A stretch of 57,365 nucleotides of DNA, from assembly GCF_001194135.2 (NCBI RefSeq), contig NC_069002.1, positions 10,428,802 through 10,486,166 of the forward strand, given 5' to 3'. Source of the DNA: Octopus bimaculoides (taxonomy: Eukaryota). The translations under genes and the position numbers were made by a program. This document shows positions 1 through 11,831 of the stretch, one piece after another. How positions within the stretch are numbered: position 1 is the stretch's first letter; every line of letters starts with the position of its first letter. The notes below the pieces were generated by a model. The model made no database searches. It saw nothing but the letters and a program-made list of their open reading frames with translations, and was not told where the DNA came from.

Positions 1-755
1 ATATAATGCGAGAGAGTTAGGGGTTGAAGATCCAACCCACTAAGGGATAGTATCTATTCAATATACTGCTGGGTGGGTACCCAGTTATTGTTACACTAGT
101 GTTATACCAAGTGCAATAAGTGGGTGCGGGTAAAAGGGGTGGGGTTACCCTAAATTTGTATATCAATTAGAAAATGGAGGAGAATATGCTGAACCCAACG
201 ACTTGCAGACTGTATCCCGTTGAATTCATTAACTTAATTCATAGCTAAAGTATATATATATATATTATCTTCGAAACGTCTAGTTAGAATAGAGACAGCT
301 GATGAAGGAATATTCAAAGTGGCTTTCCGTTTTCCTATGTGTTCGTTCCTTTAACGTCCTGTACCCTGATATGCATATATATACACATGTAGATGTAAGT
401 ATGTACATATGTGTGTATACATGTATATATATTCTTTGTATTATTATATATATATGTATATACAAACACACATGCAATTATGTATGTATGGATGGATGTA
501 TTGTTATGTGGTTAAGAATTTTGCTTCCCAGCCACATGGTTCCCTTGGATAACATTGGTGGCATGAAGAGGGGAGGCTGGTATACCATGGGCGACTGCTG
601 GTCATCTGCCATGGTCGCAGTCAAATGACTGAAATAAATAAAAGAATATAGGTGTAGATATAGGTGTGTGTGAAATTTACAGTAGAACAAAGGACGAAGT
701 CAGGTGTATAAACAACAAGCAGGTGTGAGTTTGATGCTCAGGAAGGTGAGAAAGT

Positions 756-791
756 CTTTTACATTTCGAGCCTATGCTCTTCAACAGAAAG
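756..791 (-). ncRNA. Degenerate minimal hammerhead motif in a repeat fragment (~640-850)
   Basis: CUUU-CUGUUGA-A-GAGC(AUAG)GCUC-GAAA-UG-UA-AAAG. Stems I and II pair; core A6 is U. Confidence 0.45.
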
Positions 792-1974
792 GAACATGAG
801 GAAATAAACAGAGAAGGAATAAAATAGAATTGTGAATTTAGCAGTCAAACATGGTGGTCCACCATATATATATATATATATATATATATACAGTGGGGGA
901 AATAAATATTCGTACATGTCAAAATTCTTTATTTATTTAATTTCTAATGAACATAAATGGGATATACCAATACTATATTTGCATACACATGCATAAACTA
1001 AGAATATGCAAAAGAAACTAATAAATTATAGTAACTAATGCAGTGCCCCGGCATGGCCGCAGTCAAATGACTGAAACAAGTAAAAGATATATATATACAC
1101 ACTCACATATATATATATTTCTTTAATAACCATTTGCCCCACCACCACTACCACCTGATTTAAATTTTTGTAGGTGTGTAGGACACATCCATCTGATCAG
1201 CTACTAGAAAAGTAAGAGATTTGAGACGAATTCCTGAGATGGCTTCTAGAAGTTAGGCTTCTGTTGGTCAGCTCAAGTCATGTGGTATTGATGATGTGAA
1301 AATGACACCAGCTATTTTCTCTATTTTTAGGCTCACTTGCTTGGACAGGATGATGGCAGGACACTGGTGCCACTTTGGTGACAGGCTACAGTATAGTGTA
1401 TTCAATGACATCAGTTCTTTGTTTTGGGGACATCACATGGTAGTGCAGTATGTTGGCGCAAATCAGTAACTTAATCATTATTCGGTGGAGTATTAACGAA
1501 TTAGTGTGAACAGTCTTTACACGGTAGTAGCTAAATTTGATGGCATTCAGTTACAAATGAGTCTGGATAATCAACGTGGGTGAGCTGTGGACTGTATGGG
1601 TAACAGGGCTTAAATACTCTACCCTTATGTGTGAGATGGCTATACACTTTAAGATCATATATTTGAATTGTCAACTGCCAATCGCTTGAAATTTATTAAC
1701 CCTTTAGCATTTAAACTAGTCACATGGGGCCAAAATATTTTGTTTTATATTGAAACTTGCTAGATCTGACATTTTGTACCTATCTTACATCTATCCTACT
1801 ATATTGTTTTACAAATAAACAATTACACAATCAAAATCTTGAAGTTATGAGATAATGCATGATTAATTCAAAACAATGTGAATAGATAAGCATTACATTT
1901 GACATGAGAATCTGCATGCTAAAAGACTGAAACTGTGTACCTCTGGTGACAGCAATATGTAGTTTGTTTTTCCT

Positions 1975-2575
1975 GTTAACAGACACTGCAGTTGGTGTAG
2001 TATGTGAAGTCTCTTGCAGTGACAGAGTTAGCAATTGCGTGTTCCAGATGTGCAAGGAAGGGCCATATCAATGATACTCCATTTGATGTTGGAGAAGTCA
2101 TTCTGATGGTCATGGAACCTCCAGATGAAGTGGGATCAAGAGGTTGAGTTTTCCTTGTTCTTGCACTTGAAGAAATGCATGTGCTGTATATATCTTCCCT
2201 TAAAATCATTAGCTGTCATGCCTGTGTAATGTTTTGTGATGCCATCTTATGGTACAGGAGTGTATCTATAGACTACACCTTTTGAGAGGCAAGTTATTCC
2301 CTGCGTGCAGTTGGTAGAAATTCAAAAGTTACAGGTTGAAGTGTAGATTGGAAGGTGTGTAGGTGTTTGTGGCATGTGATGAGTGAAGTGATATTGTCTA
2401 AACAGGAATAACTGACTTTAACGTTGTGGGGACTGACGAATTTATAATACCTATGGGTTCTTGGTAAATGTTTTTTTAATCAGTGTTAAGAAGCTCCTGA
2501 TTATGTTAGTTGATAGGTTGTATGGAGGATTGAACCAGTTTATCTTTCTGTTTCCAATACTCTTCAGGTTTAGGG
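1975..2575 (-). mobile_element. Fossil Penelope-like element: linker plus GIY-YIG endonuclease
   Basis: With stops and frameshifts: RKINWFNPPYNLSTNIIRSFLTLIKKHLPRTHRYYKFVSPHNVKVSYSCLDNI ... CLSKGVVY ... HYTGMTANDFKGRYIQH ... ENSTS*SHFIW ... IKWSII ... RNC*LCHCKRLHIL. Confidence 0.8.
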
Positions 2576-2779
2576 TTTGGGTGGTGTACTTCATATATAT
2601 ATATAAAATTATTATTATTATTGATTAGCAGAAGTTACTGAGTGACTCATGGGCCTACAGTTTCTTGCGGAGCCAATGCTTGAAACTCTTGGCCCCTGAG
2701 TCACTCTGTCAGTTCGGCCAATTAATAATAAAATTTAATATTTAGAGTTGTATTTTCCTGTTTGTATTACCAAACTTAT

Positions 2780-2815
<36 letters not shown>

Positions 2816-5322
2816 ATATATATATGTGTGTGTGAGTGCATACATATATATTAGAAGTGAAACCTTCACTAATTGATACTATGAGTTTTACATTTCCAGT
2901 CTTCAAAAGATATGAATTTCAGAGTAACAATTTGGGAAGATTTTAGCTTCTAATAAATACAACTCAACATTCTGTATTGAGTACTCGTCTTGTTTGGACA
3001 TTTTTTTTTGCTAACATACATGCATACACACACACACATGTACAATCTCACTCACACACACACACACACACACACATATATCCACCCTCACTCACACACA
3101 CATGTATATTGCATGTGACATATTGTCTTAGTTGATGCTGAGCTAATGTGTCTTTGACTAACAATAAATATCATGGCTGCCTCTCAACCATGTTTGTCTT
3201 ACTAAACTCTGCCTATGATAGCATTTGATCACTTCTGCTTTTGTTGTATATTTGGCATTTAACCGTTTATAGAACTTCATTTGGAGGGGCAGGTGCCTTT
3301 GCAGTGAGCTCCTGTATTGTCTGAATGAATTTGTATATCGCAACAACATTGCCCTAGTGTCTTTGTCCAGCTTGTAACTTTTGGCATTCTCATTGGCGAA
3401 AATCATGATGTTGCTATAGCAACACCACTGCATCTATGCTGCTTTATTTGTACATTATTGCTTAGACTTTAACATTCAGCTTTCCATTGCAGAAAAGATA
3501 GCATTACTACAGCATCATCATTGCACCTATATTATGCTACTTCTTTATGCGTCACTGTCCAGCTTTTGATTTTCAGCTTTCTCATCACACAAAATAATTC
3601 AATGTATATAACACACACACACAACACACACACAAAATAAATACCACATGCAAACACATGGTATATTTATAGAAGAAAGCATGCACATCTAAGTGTCAAA
3701 AAATGACACTACCATGGTTTCATTATTGTACCTCCATCTGACTACTTATTCATTGTTGTTTGTTGTTTAGCTTGTAACTTTTGGCTTTGTCATTGCAGGA
3801 ATGCGGCATCAACATGGTATGATCACTATACCTTCATGGTACCATTTTTTTTGTATCATTGCTCAGCTTTTGTAGACAAACCTCTATCATTCTATCTTGA
3901 TGGTATAACCACTGCATTGCGTTGTGTCATTCTATCATTTCTACTTGACATTTAAAGCTAACCTTATGTCATTTCATTACTGCAGTATTTCCATTATATT
4001 TCTTTACTTATTACATCTTTGTATACATATCGCAATTCTGGAAGTTTTGTGGTCTTTTTTACAGCTTTATTTCTGCTATCACCATGACATCACTTCAGTA
4101 ACACCACTGCGTCTTATGCTACAAAATTTCCATGCCATACTTAGCATGAAAACTGCACTAATTACTTACTCATATGCTGTTGCTAATATCTCAGAAGTTA
4201 CAGATTTCATTGTAAACATTTTTGCCATAGGAAAATACACTGCAAAAAAAAAAAAAAAAATTGGGGGAACGAAAAACAGGATCAGTCGTTTTCTGTCTTA
4301 AAATGACAACTTCATTAACCAACCTATCAAATTAGAAAAAGGTAATTTCTTTGAAATAAATTATCAAGGTTACAGTCCACTTGTGTGCCTACTTTTTGGT
4401 GAAATTTCCTGTGGCAAATTTTCCTATAGCAAACATGTTTACTGCAAATTTTCTGGGTATGTATCTTGGAGACCGCAAAGTGTCGAACATTGGTGAATGA
4501 TTGTCACACCACAAAAAGCAGAAACAAGAGGACGACAAGGAAAAAGCAGAAGATGACATCTTTATTCATGTGTGTAATGCTTTTCTGGACATTTTAAAGT
4601 ATTTTTTTTTTTATTTTCCTTTTGTATATGGGATGTTAAAAGTCAACTATTTTATGGTAACTTTTAACTATATTTTTTTAGCCATAATTGTTGTCGTTTA
4701 GCACGGTGATCAAGCAGGCCTAAGATAAAATGTATTCCTTGTATTTTCACGCTGCTATCTTCTGCCAAAGTCCAAAGCAAAATTATGGTTTAGAATTAAC
4801 AACAGATATAAAACATATATGTTATGCTCTCTATCTAAAGTGGTTGGCATTAGGAAAGGTACCAAACTGTATAAACCATGCCAAAGTTGACAGTAGAGCT
4901 TGGTGCAATCTTTTGGCTTACCAGCTCTTGTTAAACCGTTCAACACATGCTGTCATGGAAGACAGATATTAAACAATGATGATGGTGGTGATGTTCCAGG
5001 AATCCCATTGTGTGTATATGTGTTGGGTATTTTGCTAGAAGTAGCAGCCAAATCTCTGTGTATTACACTATGATCTTAAAAAGAAAGGAATGATGCAATG
5101 GACAGTGTAGTCTTCGATACATTGTGTCTGTAAGAAAATGAGATAGTCTAATCTGGAATATCTTTGGACATAGGCCTGCTAGGGGGTATTTCTCCAGCAT
5201 GGCTTTTGCTGTAATCACTAAAACAATATGAAAGATTCAAGAACTCTTTGAGTAGTTCAGTTGGAGCTGATCTGAGGTTAAACACGGTTCCCTTTTAATG
5301 AACAATACATAATAGATTAATG

Positions 5323-5490
5323 TGCTAGAAATAGCAACCAAAGTCTTCTCAGATCACACCTTGCTAGAAATAGCAGCTAAAGTCTTCCTCAAATCACCCC
5401 TTACAAAAAAATAGCAGCTAAAGTCCTCCTAAAATTACACCCTGCTAGAAATGGCAGCCAATGTCTTCCTCAAATCACTTCCTGCTCTCT
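5323..5490 (+). repeat. ~40-bp degenerate tandem repeat (gctagaaatagcagc.aaagtcttcctcaaatcac)
   Basis: Units start near 5324, 5363, 5404 and 5444; single copies at about 5035 and 21058. Confidence 0.75.
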
Positions 5491-5614
5491 TAGAATATGA
5501 AGGGACACATCCAGTATTTGTAATGATTCCAAAGTTTGGATGATCATGATCATAGGTGTGCTCCATCAGAAGTGACCTGGGGTTAAATAACTACAACAAT
5601 TGTATGTTCCATCA

Positions 5615-5645
<31 letters not shown>

Positions 5646-6262
5646 CCTCTGGACATTGTCTCAAGTTCTAAGACTCATAGGCCTGGTTACCTGGTTTCCA
5701 TGGCATTATAAGGGTTCAAGATGACAACATCTCCCTTGAATGGGATGCCAGTTCATTTCATGGTTACTCATTTACAGCTGAGTAGACTGGAGCAGTGTGA
5801 AATGAAATGTCTTGTTCAAGAACAAAATGCACTGCCTGACCCAGGAATGGAAACCACTGTTGGGATTTGAGTATTGAACATGGCATATATATTAGCCTAT
5901 ACTCAAAAGGGTGAGTGTCATGGACTTGAGTAATACCCAACGATCACTGGAGATTTGGCTGAAAATCAGGGTTTTTATAACTACTCATACACGAATCATA
6001 GAACCGTGACCCCGTGAAAGATTTCTTCAACGAAGTTGATAATTCGTATATGGGCAGTAATTTTTAACCAATGAGAAATCAATAATTTCTCATGTTCGGG
6101 CAAACGAACTTACGTTCTCTCTCCGCCTCTTATGAGTTTGCTACACCACCATCTTGTGATAACGAGTGTGTTGTCATAACCACTAGACTACATGCCTTCG
6201 TTGTATTGTTTTCTCATCCTTTATTCCATTATTTATCATTGATGTTTCCGATTGCCTTGCAG

Positions 6263-6629
6263 CGACCCAGCGAGGGGGACGTAACTGCCAGTCGGTACCA
6301 GGGATCACAGAGACTTGCCAACTTTTTCCGGAGCAGCAGCCAAGCAGAGATCGATGTGAACTCCACATCGCCAGACATCCGATCGACGGGGTCATCGCCT
6401 TCTAACTTTATGATCGGATGTCTGAATGAGAGTCCGAGTTTCAGCCTGAATGACCGACATGGTCAGGGTCAAGTTCAAGGACGTTCAGGGTCAGATCCGG
6501 CTCTTGGAGAAGCTTCATCTTCAATATTGTTTGGTGGCATGAAGAAGGACTTGTCTGATAACGAGGCATATGGAAGAGCAGACAAATTACAAGCAACCGA
6601 GTCAAATTCTCCAAGTAATTATAGTAAAG
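6263..6629 (+). CDS. WDR91: WDR91 internal exon (Ser/Gly-rich linker before the WD40 propeller): RPSEGDVTASRYQG...ESNSPSNYSK
   Basis: ttgcag acceptor ends at 6262 and AAG|GTATTT donor at 6629. Open frame; the phase-1 end matches the phase-1 start of the next exon. This exon is low-complexity, so the assignment rests on splice-phase continuity rather than sequence similarity. Confidence 0.7.
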
Positions 6630-6789
6630 GTATTTATATTTAATAATAATAGAGTAGGTAGTAAACAAGCTTTTACCCTTATTATTGTTTTTTTTTTTTT
6701 TGACACTCCTTAAAAAGACCATTTCAATACAATGGCCCTTCTCTCTCTCTTTTACCACATCCATCTCTCTATCTGTCTGACTATCAGTC

Positions 6790-6925
6790 TATCTATCTAT
6801 CTCTCTATCTGCCTATCTATCTATCTCTCTATCTGCCTATCTATCTATCTCTCTATCTGCCTATCTATCTATCTCTCTATCTGCCTATCTATCTATCTCT
6901 CTATCTGCCTATCTATCTATCTATC
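6790..6925. repeat. 24-bp compound microsatellite (ctatctatctatctctctatctgc)n
   Basis: About 5-6 near-perfect units; source of the YLSICLSI pseudo-ORF. Confidence 0.9.
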
Positions 6926-7329
6926 TTGTCCATTTTCTGTATTTAGCCCTGTGTGGCTATAATAAAAAGATATCTGCTTATACATCTTCCATTGTCTCCA
7001 AAGCCTCACCCCAAAAAAACAAAAAAAAAAACAAAACAATATTCTGTTATAAACAAAACCCCCCAAAAAACACCTGTTTTATATAAATAAGCAAGATCTC
7101 TGTATTTTCACAGAATTATATTTGACAAGTTCGAAAGACGAGTGAAAGTGCTAATANNNNNNNNNNCTCTGTATTTTCACAGAATTATATTTGACAAGTT
7201 CGAAAGACGAGTGAAAGTGCTAATATATGTATAAAATAAATGAAAGAAGTTATTCCAAAATTCTGACTACTTTTTTTTCAACATATATATATATATATAT
7301 ATAAAAATATGTTACTATTTTAGTTTCAG

Positions 7330-7367
7330 ATGACTCAGAAGAATTACCATTCCTACTGCTTAGTCAA
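7330..7367 (+). CDS. WDR91: WDR91 38-nt exon (D)DSEELPFLLLSQ
   Basis: tttcag acceptor and CAA|GTAAGT donor. PFLLLSQ corresponds to the PFIVLGQ motif that precedes EEYGEH in vertebrate WDR91 (recalled). Confidence 0.9.
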
Positions 7368-7639
7368 GTAAGTATGACACTACTTCATGATAATGTATAA
7401 ATTTCTTTTATGTGGTGATGGCCATGGTTGTGGTAGCAAAGTGATTATCTCAGCATATGTACCATGTCTGTGTGAGCTAACTTATAAACCTGTTTATGTG
7501 CATGTACACACACACACACCACGTATCTGAGCACATGTGCAAAACAAGTGGGAAAAGATTGGTACTTGAATACCAAAGGTAGATTAGATTTGTATATTTA
7601 ATTCAGATTCTGTAAAACTTTATGTGTATACATATATAT

Positions 7640-7975
7640 ATCATCAGCATCATCATCGTTGTTTAACATCCGCTTTCCATGCTAGCATGGGTTGGACAAT
7701 CTGACTGAGGACTGGTGAACCAGATGGCTACACCAGGCTCCAATCTGATTTGGCAGAGTTTCTACAGCTGGATGCCCTTCCTAACGCCAACCACTCCGAG
7801 AGTGTAGTAGGTGCTTTTATGTGCCACCGGCACGAAGGCCAGTCAGGCAGTACTGGCAACGGCCATGCTTAAAATAGTGTATTTTATGTGCCACCTGCAC
7901 AGGAGCCAGTTCGACGGCACTGGCAACGATCTCACTCGAATGTCTTTACACATACCATCCGGCACAAATGCCATT
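7640..7975 (-). mobile_element. SINE/LINE-tail family C with a (GAT)n 3' tail; others at about 15022-15185(-), 17915-18075(-), 18270-18445(+), 27150-27505(-), 28265-28865(+), 29975-30184(+), 31866-32195(-) and 49805-50330(-)
   Basis: Recurrent catcatc-gtttaacgtccgctttccatgctagcatgggttggac..ctggatgcccttcctaacgccaacc block. Confidence 0.85.
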
Positions 7976-8665
7976 ATATGTGTGTGTGTGTGTGTGTGTG
8001 TATGGAAATGGACCCCCTTCAATCATGAAGACCATGGGATTGCACCTTGAAAGTTCCCCTCCCAGGCACAAGTCCAGGCAAGGTTGTTTATGGAAGAGCA
8101 GCAGTCATCCATGCATACCAGCCTCCCTTCTCCACGCCTCCGATGATATCCAAGGGAAAGGCAAAGGGGCCGATACAGCTTGGCACCAGTGACGTTGCAG
8201 TGACGTCGCAACTCATTTCTACAGCTGAGTTAACTGGAGCAACGTGAAAATAAAGTGTCTTGCTCAAGAACCAATTCATGCACACAACACACGCAAGTGT
8301 GTGTGTACGTACAATACCCCTGGGCCTTGTTCTATCCTCTGGTTCCAGTCACTCCTACCCAGATCATCAGTTTCTCTTCCCTGGTTGTGTCTTTGCTACT
8401 GATTTGATTTGTGATAACTTAAACAGAACATTAACAGCATCCCCCCCCCACACACACACACATGGAAGCATGTATGTATGCACATGAGCACGCAGACATT
8501 TTCCCTCTCACACACACATACACACTCTCTCGCTCTCACACACACACATACACACTCTCTCTTGCTCTCTCACATGCACACACATTCTCACATATATATA
8601 TGGCCCCTTGTGGGCAATAAAAAAATCTCACATATATACACAAACACACATTCTTTTTCTCTCTG

Positions 8666-8702
<37 letters not shown>

Positions 8703-8779
8703 TACTCACCCACTTTCACATATACCTAAACAGCCCTCCTACGGTTACTAAGTCTGTATAATTCCATCTTTTCATTCAG

Positions 8780-8874
8780 GAAGAATATGGAGAACATCGG
8801 TCCGGCATCTGTTATTGCCGGTTTAGCAATTCTGGTCAGTATGTGGCCAGTTTGGATGCCGATGGAGTGGTCAA
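8780..8874 (+). CDS. WDR91: WDR91 exon [32 protein letters not shown]
   Basis: ttcag / AA|GTAAGT; first WD40 repeat; EEYGEH...ASLD.DGV.K matches WDR91. Confidence 0.95.
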
Positions 8875-9368
8875 GTAAGTAAATTGTCTGTCTGTCTGTC
8901 TATCAGTTTCTCTTTCTCTGTCTCTGTGCATATGGTCAGGGTGTGATTTTGGATACTGACCAAGTAGCCGGATAAAGAACAGTCTGTCTCTTAGTGTGTG
9001 TGTGTGTGTCTGTATGTTTGTGTGTGTGTCTGTATGTTTGTGTATGTTGTCTGTTTGTCTGTGGTGTGTTTGTGTGCCACTAACTGATTTCTTATAATTT
9101 AACCCTTTAGCCTTCAGATTTAATTGTCAAATGTATTGCTTATTTATTCACAATGTTTTGAATTAATGCTGCATTCTCTTGTAGCTTCAAGATTTCAATG
9201 ATGTAATTGTATGTTTTTAGAATGACATTGTCGGAAAGGTGTGACTGGCCATATATGGCCAGTCTTCACATAGAGCATGTAGAATATTTGGGTCTGATAA
9301 AGGGTTAATACTGATCTATTGTGTTTTTGATATTGTGTTGATACTCTCCTGATATTGTTCTCTCCTAG

Positions 9369-9465
9369 GGTCTGGACATGGAGCCCTCAGCCAGCTACAA
9401 AGGCCACATGTATGGCAAAATCTCCGTTCCTCTCTTTAGAATGGTCACAGAAATCAGACAGACTT
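9369..9465 (+). CDS. WDR91: WDR91 exon VWTWSPQPATKATCMAKSPFLSLEWSQKSDRL
   Basis: cctag / CTT|GTAAGT; KSP.LSLEW...DRL motif; phase 2 in, phase 0 out. Confidence 0.95.
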
Positions 9466-9689
9466 GTAAGTAAAACATTTAGTTTGGATTTTTTTAATGT
9501 TAGTTTTTTAAAATTTATTTATCAAATGCTGTGTGTGTTAAACAGAGGCATGGCTCTGTAGGTCAAGGGTTTTCTTTACCATCTCACGCTTTCAAGTTCA
9601 ACCTCATTTTGCACCATCTAGGATGTGTGTTCCCCTACTATTGCATCCAGCTCACCAATGCCTTATCAGTGAATTTGGTGGACAGAAAC

Positions 9690-10198
9690 TGTGGCAGAAA
9701 CTTTAGCACGCTGGGCGAAATGCTTAGAAGGATTTCGTCTGCCGTTATGTTCTGAGTTCAAATTCCGCTGAGGTCGACTTTGCCTTTCATCCTTTCGAGG
9801 TAGATAAATTAAGTACCAGTTTACATACTGGGGTCGATGTAATCGATTTAATCCCTTTGTCTGTCCTTGTTTGTGCCTTCTATGTTTAGCCCCTTGCGGG
9901 CAGTAAAGAAATAAGAAACTATGTGGAAGACAGAAACTGTGTGGAACTGTGTGTAAGGCGGTGAGCTGGCAGAAACGTTAGCACACCAGGTGAAATGCTT
10001 AGCGGTATTTCGTCTGCCGCTACATTCTGAGTTCAAATTCCGCGGAGGTCGACTTTGCCTTTCATCCTTTCGGGGTCGCTTAAATAAGTACCAGTTACAC
10101 ACTGGGGTCGATGTAATCGACTTAATCCATTTGTCTGTCCTTGTTTGTCCCCTCAGCATGTAGCCCCTTGTGAGCAATAAAGAAATAAAAAATAAGAA
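9690..10198 (+). mobile_element. Head-to-tail dimer of SINE family A (my label)
   Basis: Two consecutive copies of tggcagaa..ttagca..gaaatgcttag..ttctgagttcaaattcc..gaggtcgactttgcctttcatcctttcg..aagaaataag. Confidence 0.85.
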
Positions 10199-10301
10199 AC
10201 TGTGTAGAAGCCTGTCATGCTAGTATGTGTTATTCTCAAAACACTAGTGTTACATCCCAAGCTGTACATATGTATACATACATTAGTATATATCGTCACA
10301 G

Positions 10302-10682
10302 GAGGCGCAATGGCCCAGTGGTTAGGGCAGCGGACTCGCGGTCATAGGATCGCGGTTTCGATTCTCAGACCGGGCATTGTGAGTGTTTATTGAGTGAGAA
10401 CACCTAAAGCTCCACGAGGCTCCGGCAGGGGATGGTGGCGAACCCTGCTGTACTCTTCCACCACAACTTTCTCTCACTCTCACTTCCTGTTTCTGTTGTG
10501 CCTGTAATTCAAAGGGTCAGCATTGTCACACTGTGTCACGCTGAATATCCCCCGAGAACTACGTTAAGGGTACACGTGTCTGTGGAGTGCTCAGCCACTT
10601 GCACATTAATTTCACGAGCAGGCTGTTCTGTTGATCGGGATCAACTGGAACCCTCGACGTTGTAAGCGACGGAGTGCCAACA
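10302..10682 (+). mobile_element. Full-length tRNA-derived SINE (family E, my label) with 12-bp TSD
   Basis: A-box TGGCCCAGTGG, B-box-like GGTTTCGATTC, CAACA end; ATATCGTCACAG at 10290-10301 and 10683-10694. Confidence 0.9.
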
Positions 10683-10721
10683 ATATCGTCACAGTAATAA
10701 TATAACCCTCTTTTCTTTCAG

Positions 10722-10816
10722 TTACTTCTGGGTAATCGATCTGGAAATATCCGATTGTTTGATGTAAAGGACAAGAGATCAGTTGTAGAGGCCTGCACAG
10801 ATCAAAGTTACCCCAG
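10722..10816 (+). CDS. WDR91: WDR91 exon LLLGNRSGNIRLFDVKDKRSVVEACTDQSYPR
   Basis: tttcag / AG|GTATGG; WD-type IRLFD; phases consistent. Confidence 0.93.
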
Positions 10817-11623
10817 GTATGGACATGATTGATTTTTATCCTTCAGGATAGTATTGCTCCTTTCATGGACCCTCATGGACTCCTGTGGATTCTCCTTTCA
10901 TAGATGGCAGATGAAGGTCTCACAGTTTCTTACTGAACAACCCACTGTACTTTAAGCTCACTCCCCCCATCAAACTGACATTACCTGCACAGGCGTATAG
11001 TGTGTCACATGTTAGATGTCGAAGTGGTTGCTGAGCAAAAGAAAATGAAGTGTTTTGCTCAAGAACACAATTCACTGTCTGATCTGGGTATTGAAACTGC
11101 CATCTCATGATCATGAATGCAACACCCTAACCACCAGGCTTCATGCCCTCACATAGACCTTTTAGGACAGGACAAAGCAGACCCTGAAATACATGGAAAG
11201 ATTATACTTGATTAGGGGTATAAAGTAAAAAAGATGTAAAGTTATCTTCTCGAGTCATACCGACTCACAAGGGCTGATTTCCTGGTTTCATGGTGTATAT
11301 ATTCCCCACCTGGATGGGATGCCAGTCCATTGCAGGATCACTCACTTTTGCCTGCTGAGTGGATTGGAGCAACGTGAAATGAAGTGTTTTGCTCAAGAAC
11401 ACAACACATTGCCTACAGATTAAAATATATATATAAAATATATAGTTTTAGGGAAAAGAACCAACTTTCAAGAACTCATCGATGAAAATCCACTATCATA
11501 TATAGAAAAATTAATAATTAAAAGCACAATAAATGAGTATAATATAAAACAAAGTAAATATCATAAGATAAAGATAATAATAAAAATAATATATATATCT
11601 ATTATTATTGTTGAATATTTCAG

Positions 11624-11792
11624 AATCTGCTGTTTGTGTAGCAGTCCATCGACCAATCAGTTTGTGTGTTCAGCAACCACGAGTAAGATGAAGAGTGGTA
11701 ACGTAACCAGCAGCAATGGTGGCCAGTCCACTGCAGCGGCCAGTCGTATTGGTCGACTGTCCATCTGGAATTTGAAAACCATGAAAATGGAG
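11624..11792 (+). CDS. WDR91: WDR91 exon ICCLCSSPSTNQFVCSA...IGRLSIWNLKTMKME
   Basis: tttcag / GAG|GTAAGG; SP...FVCSA and GRL..W..KTMK match WDR91. Confidence 0.93.
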
Positions 11793-11831
11793 GTAAGGCT
11801 TCCCTTCACAGACACACACACACACACGTAC

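Noticed and set aside
240-320. GAAACGTC and CTGATGAAG hammerhead half-motifs
   Set aside because: They are in the wrong order for one type I ribozyme and each lacks its partner half; probably pseudo-LTR debris.
1-6091. Missing N-terminal WDR91 exons
   Set aside because: I found no + strand segment resembling the conserved N-terminus. ORFs at 3158-3433, 3924-4301 and 4501-4701 have no recognisable similarity or splice support.
6092-6262. N-terminal 57 codons of the 183-aa ORF as part of WDR91
   Set aside because: A good pyrimidine tract and AG at 6262 indicate this is intron read-through. It is kept only as a low-probability alternative start.
7098-7225. Perfect 59-bp direct repeat
   Set aside because: Identical copies flank a 10-N gap, the signature of an unmerged contig overlap.
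10302-10376. tRNA gene
   Set aside because: It has A/B boxes but no complete cloverleaf or terminator, and it continues into a 300-bp repeat body with a TSD. It is a SINE head.
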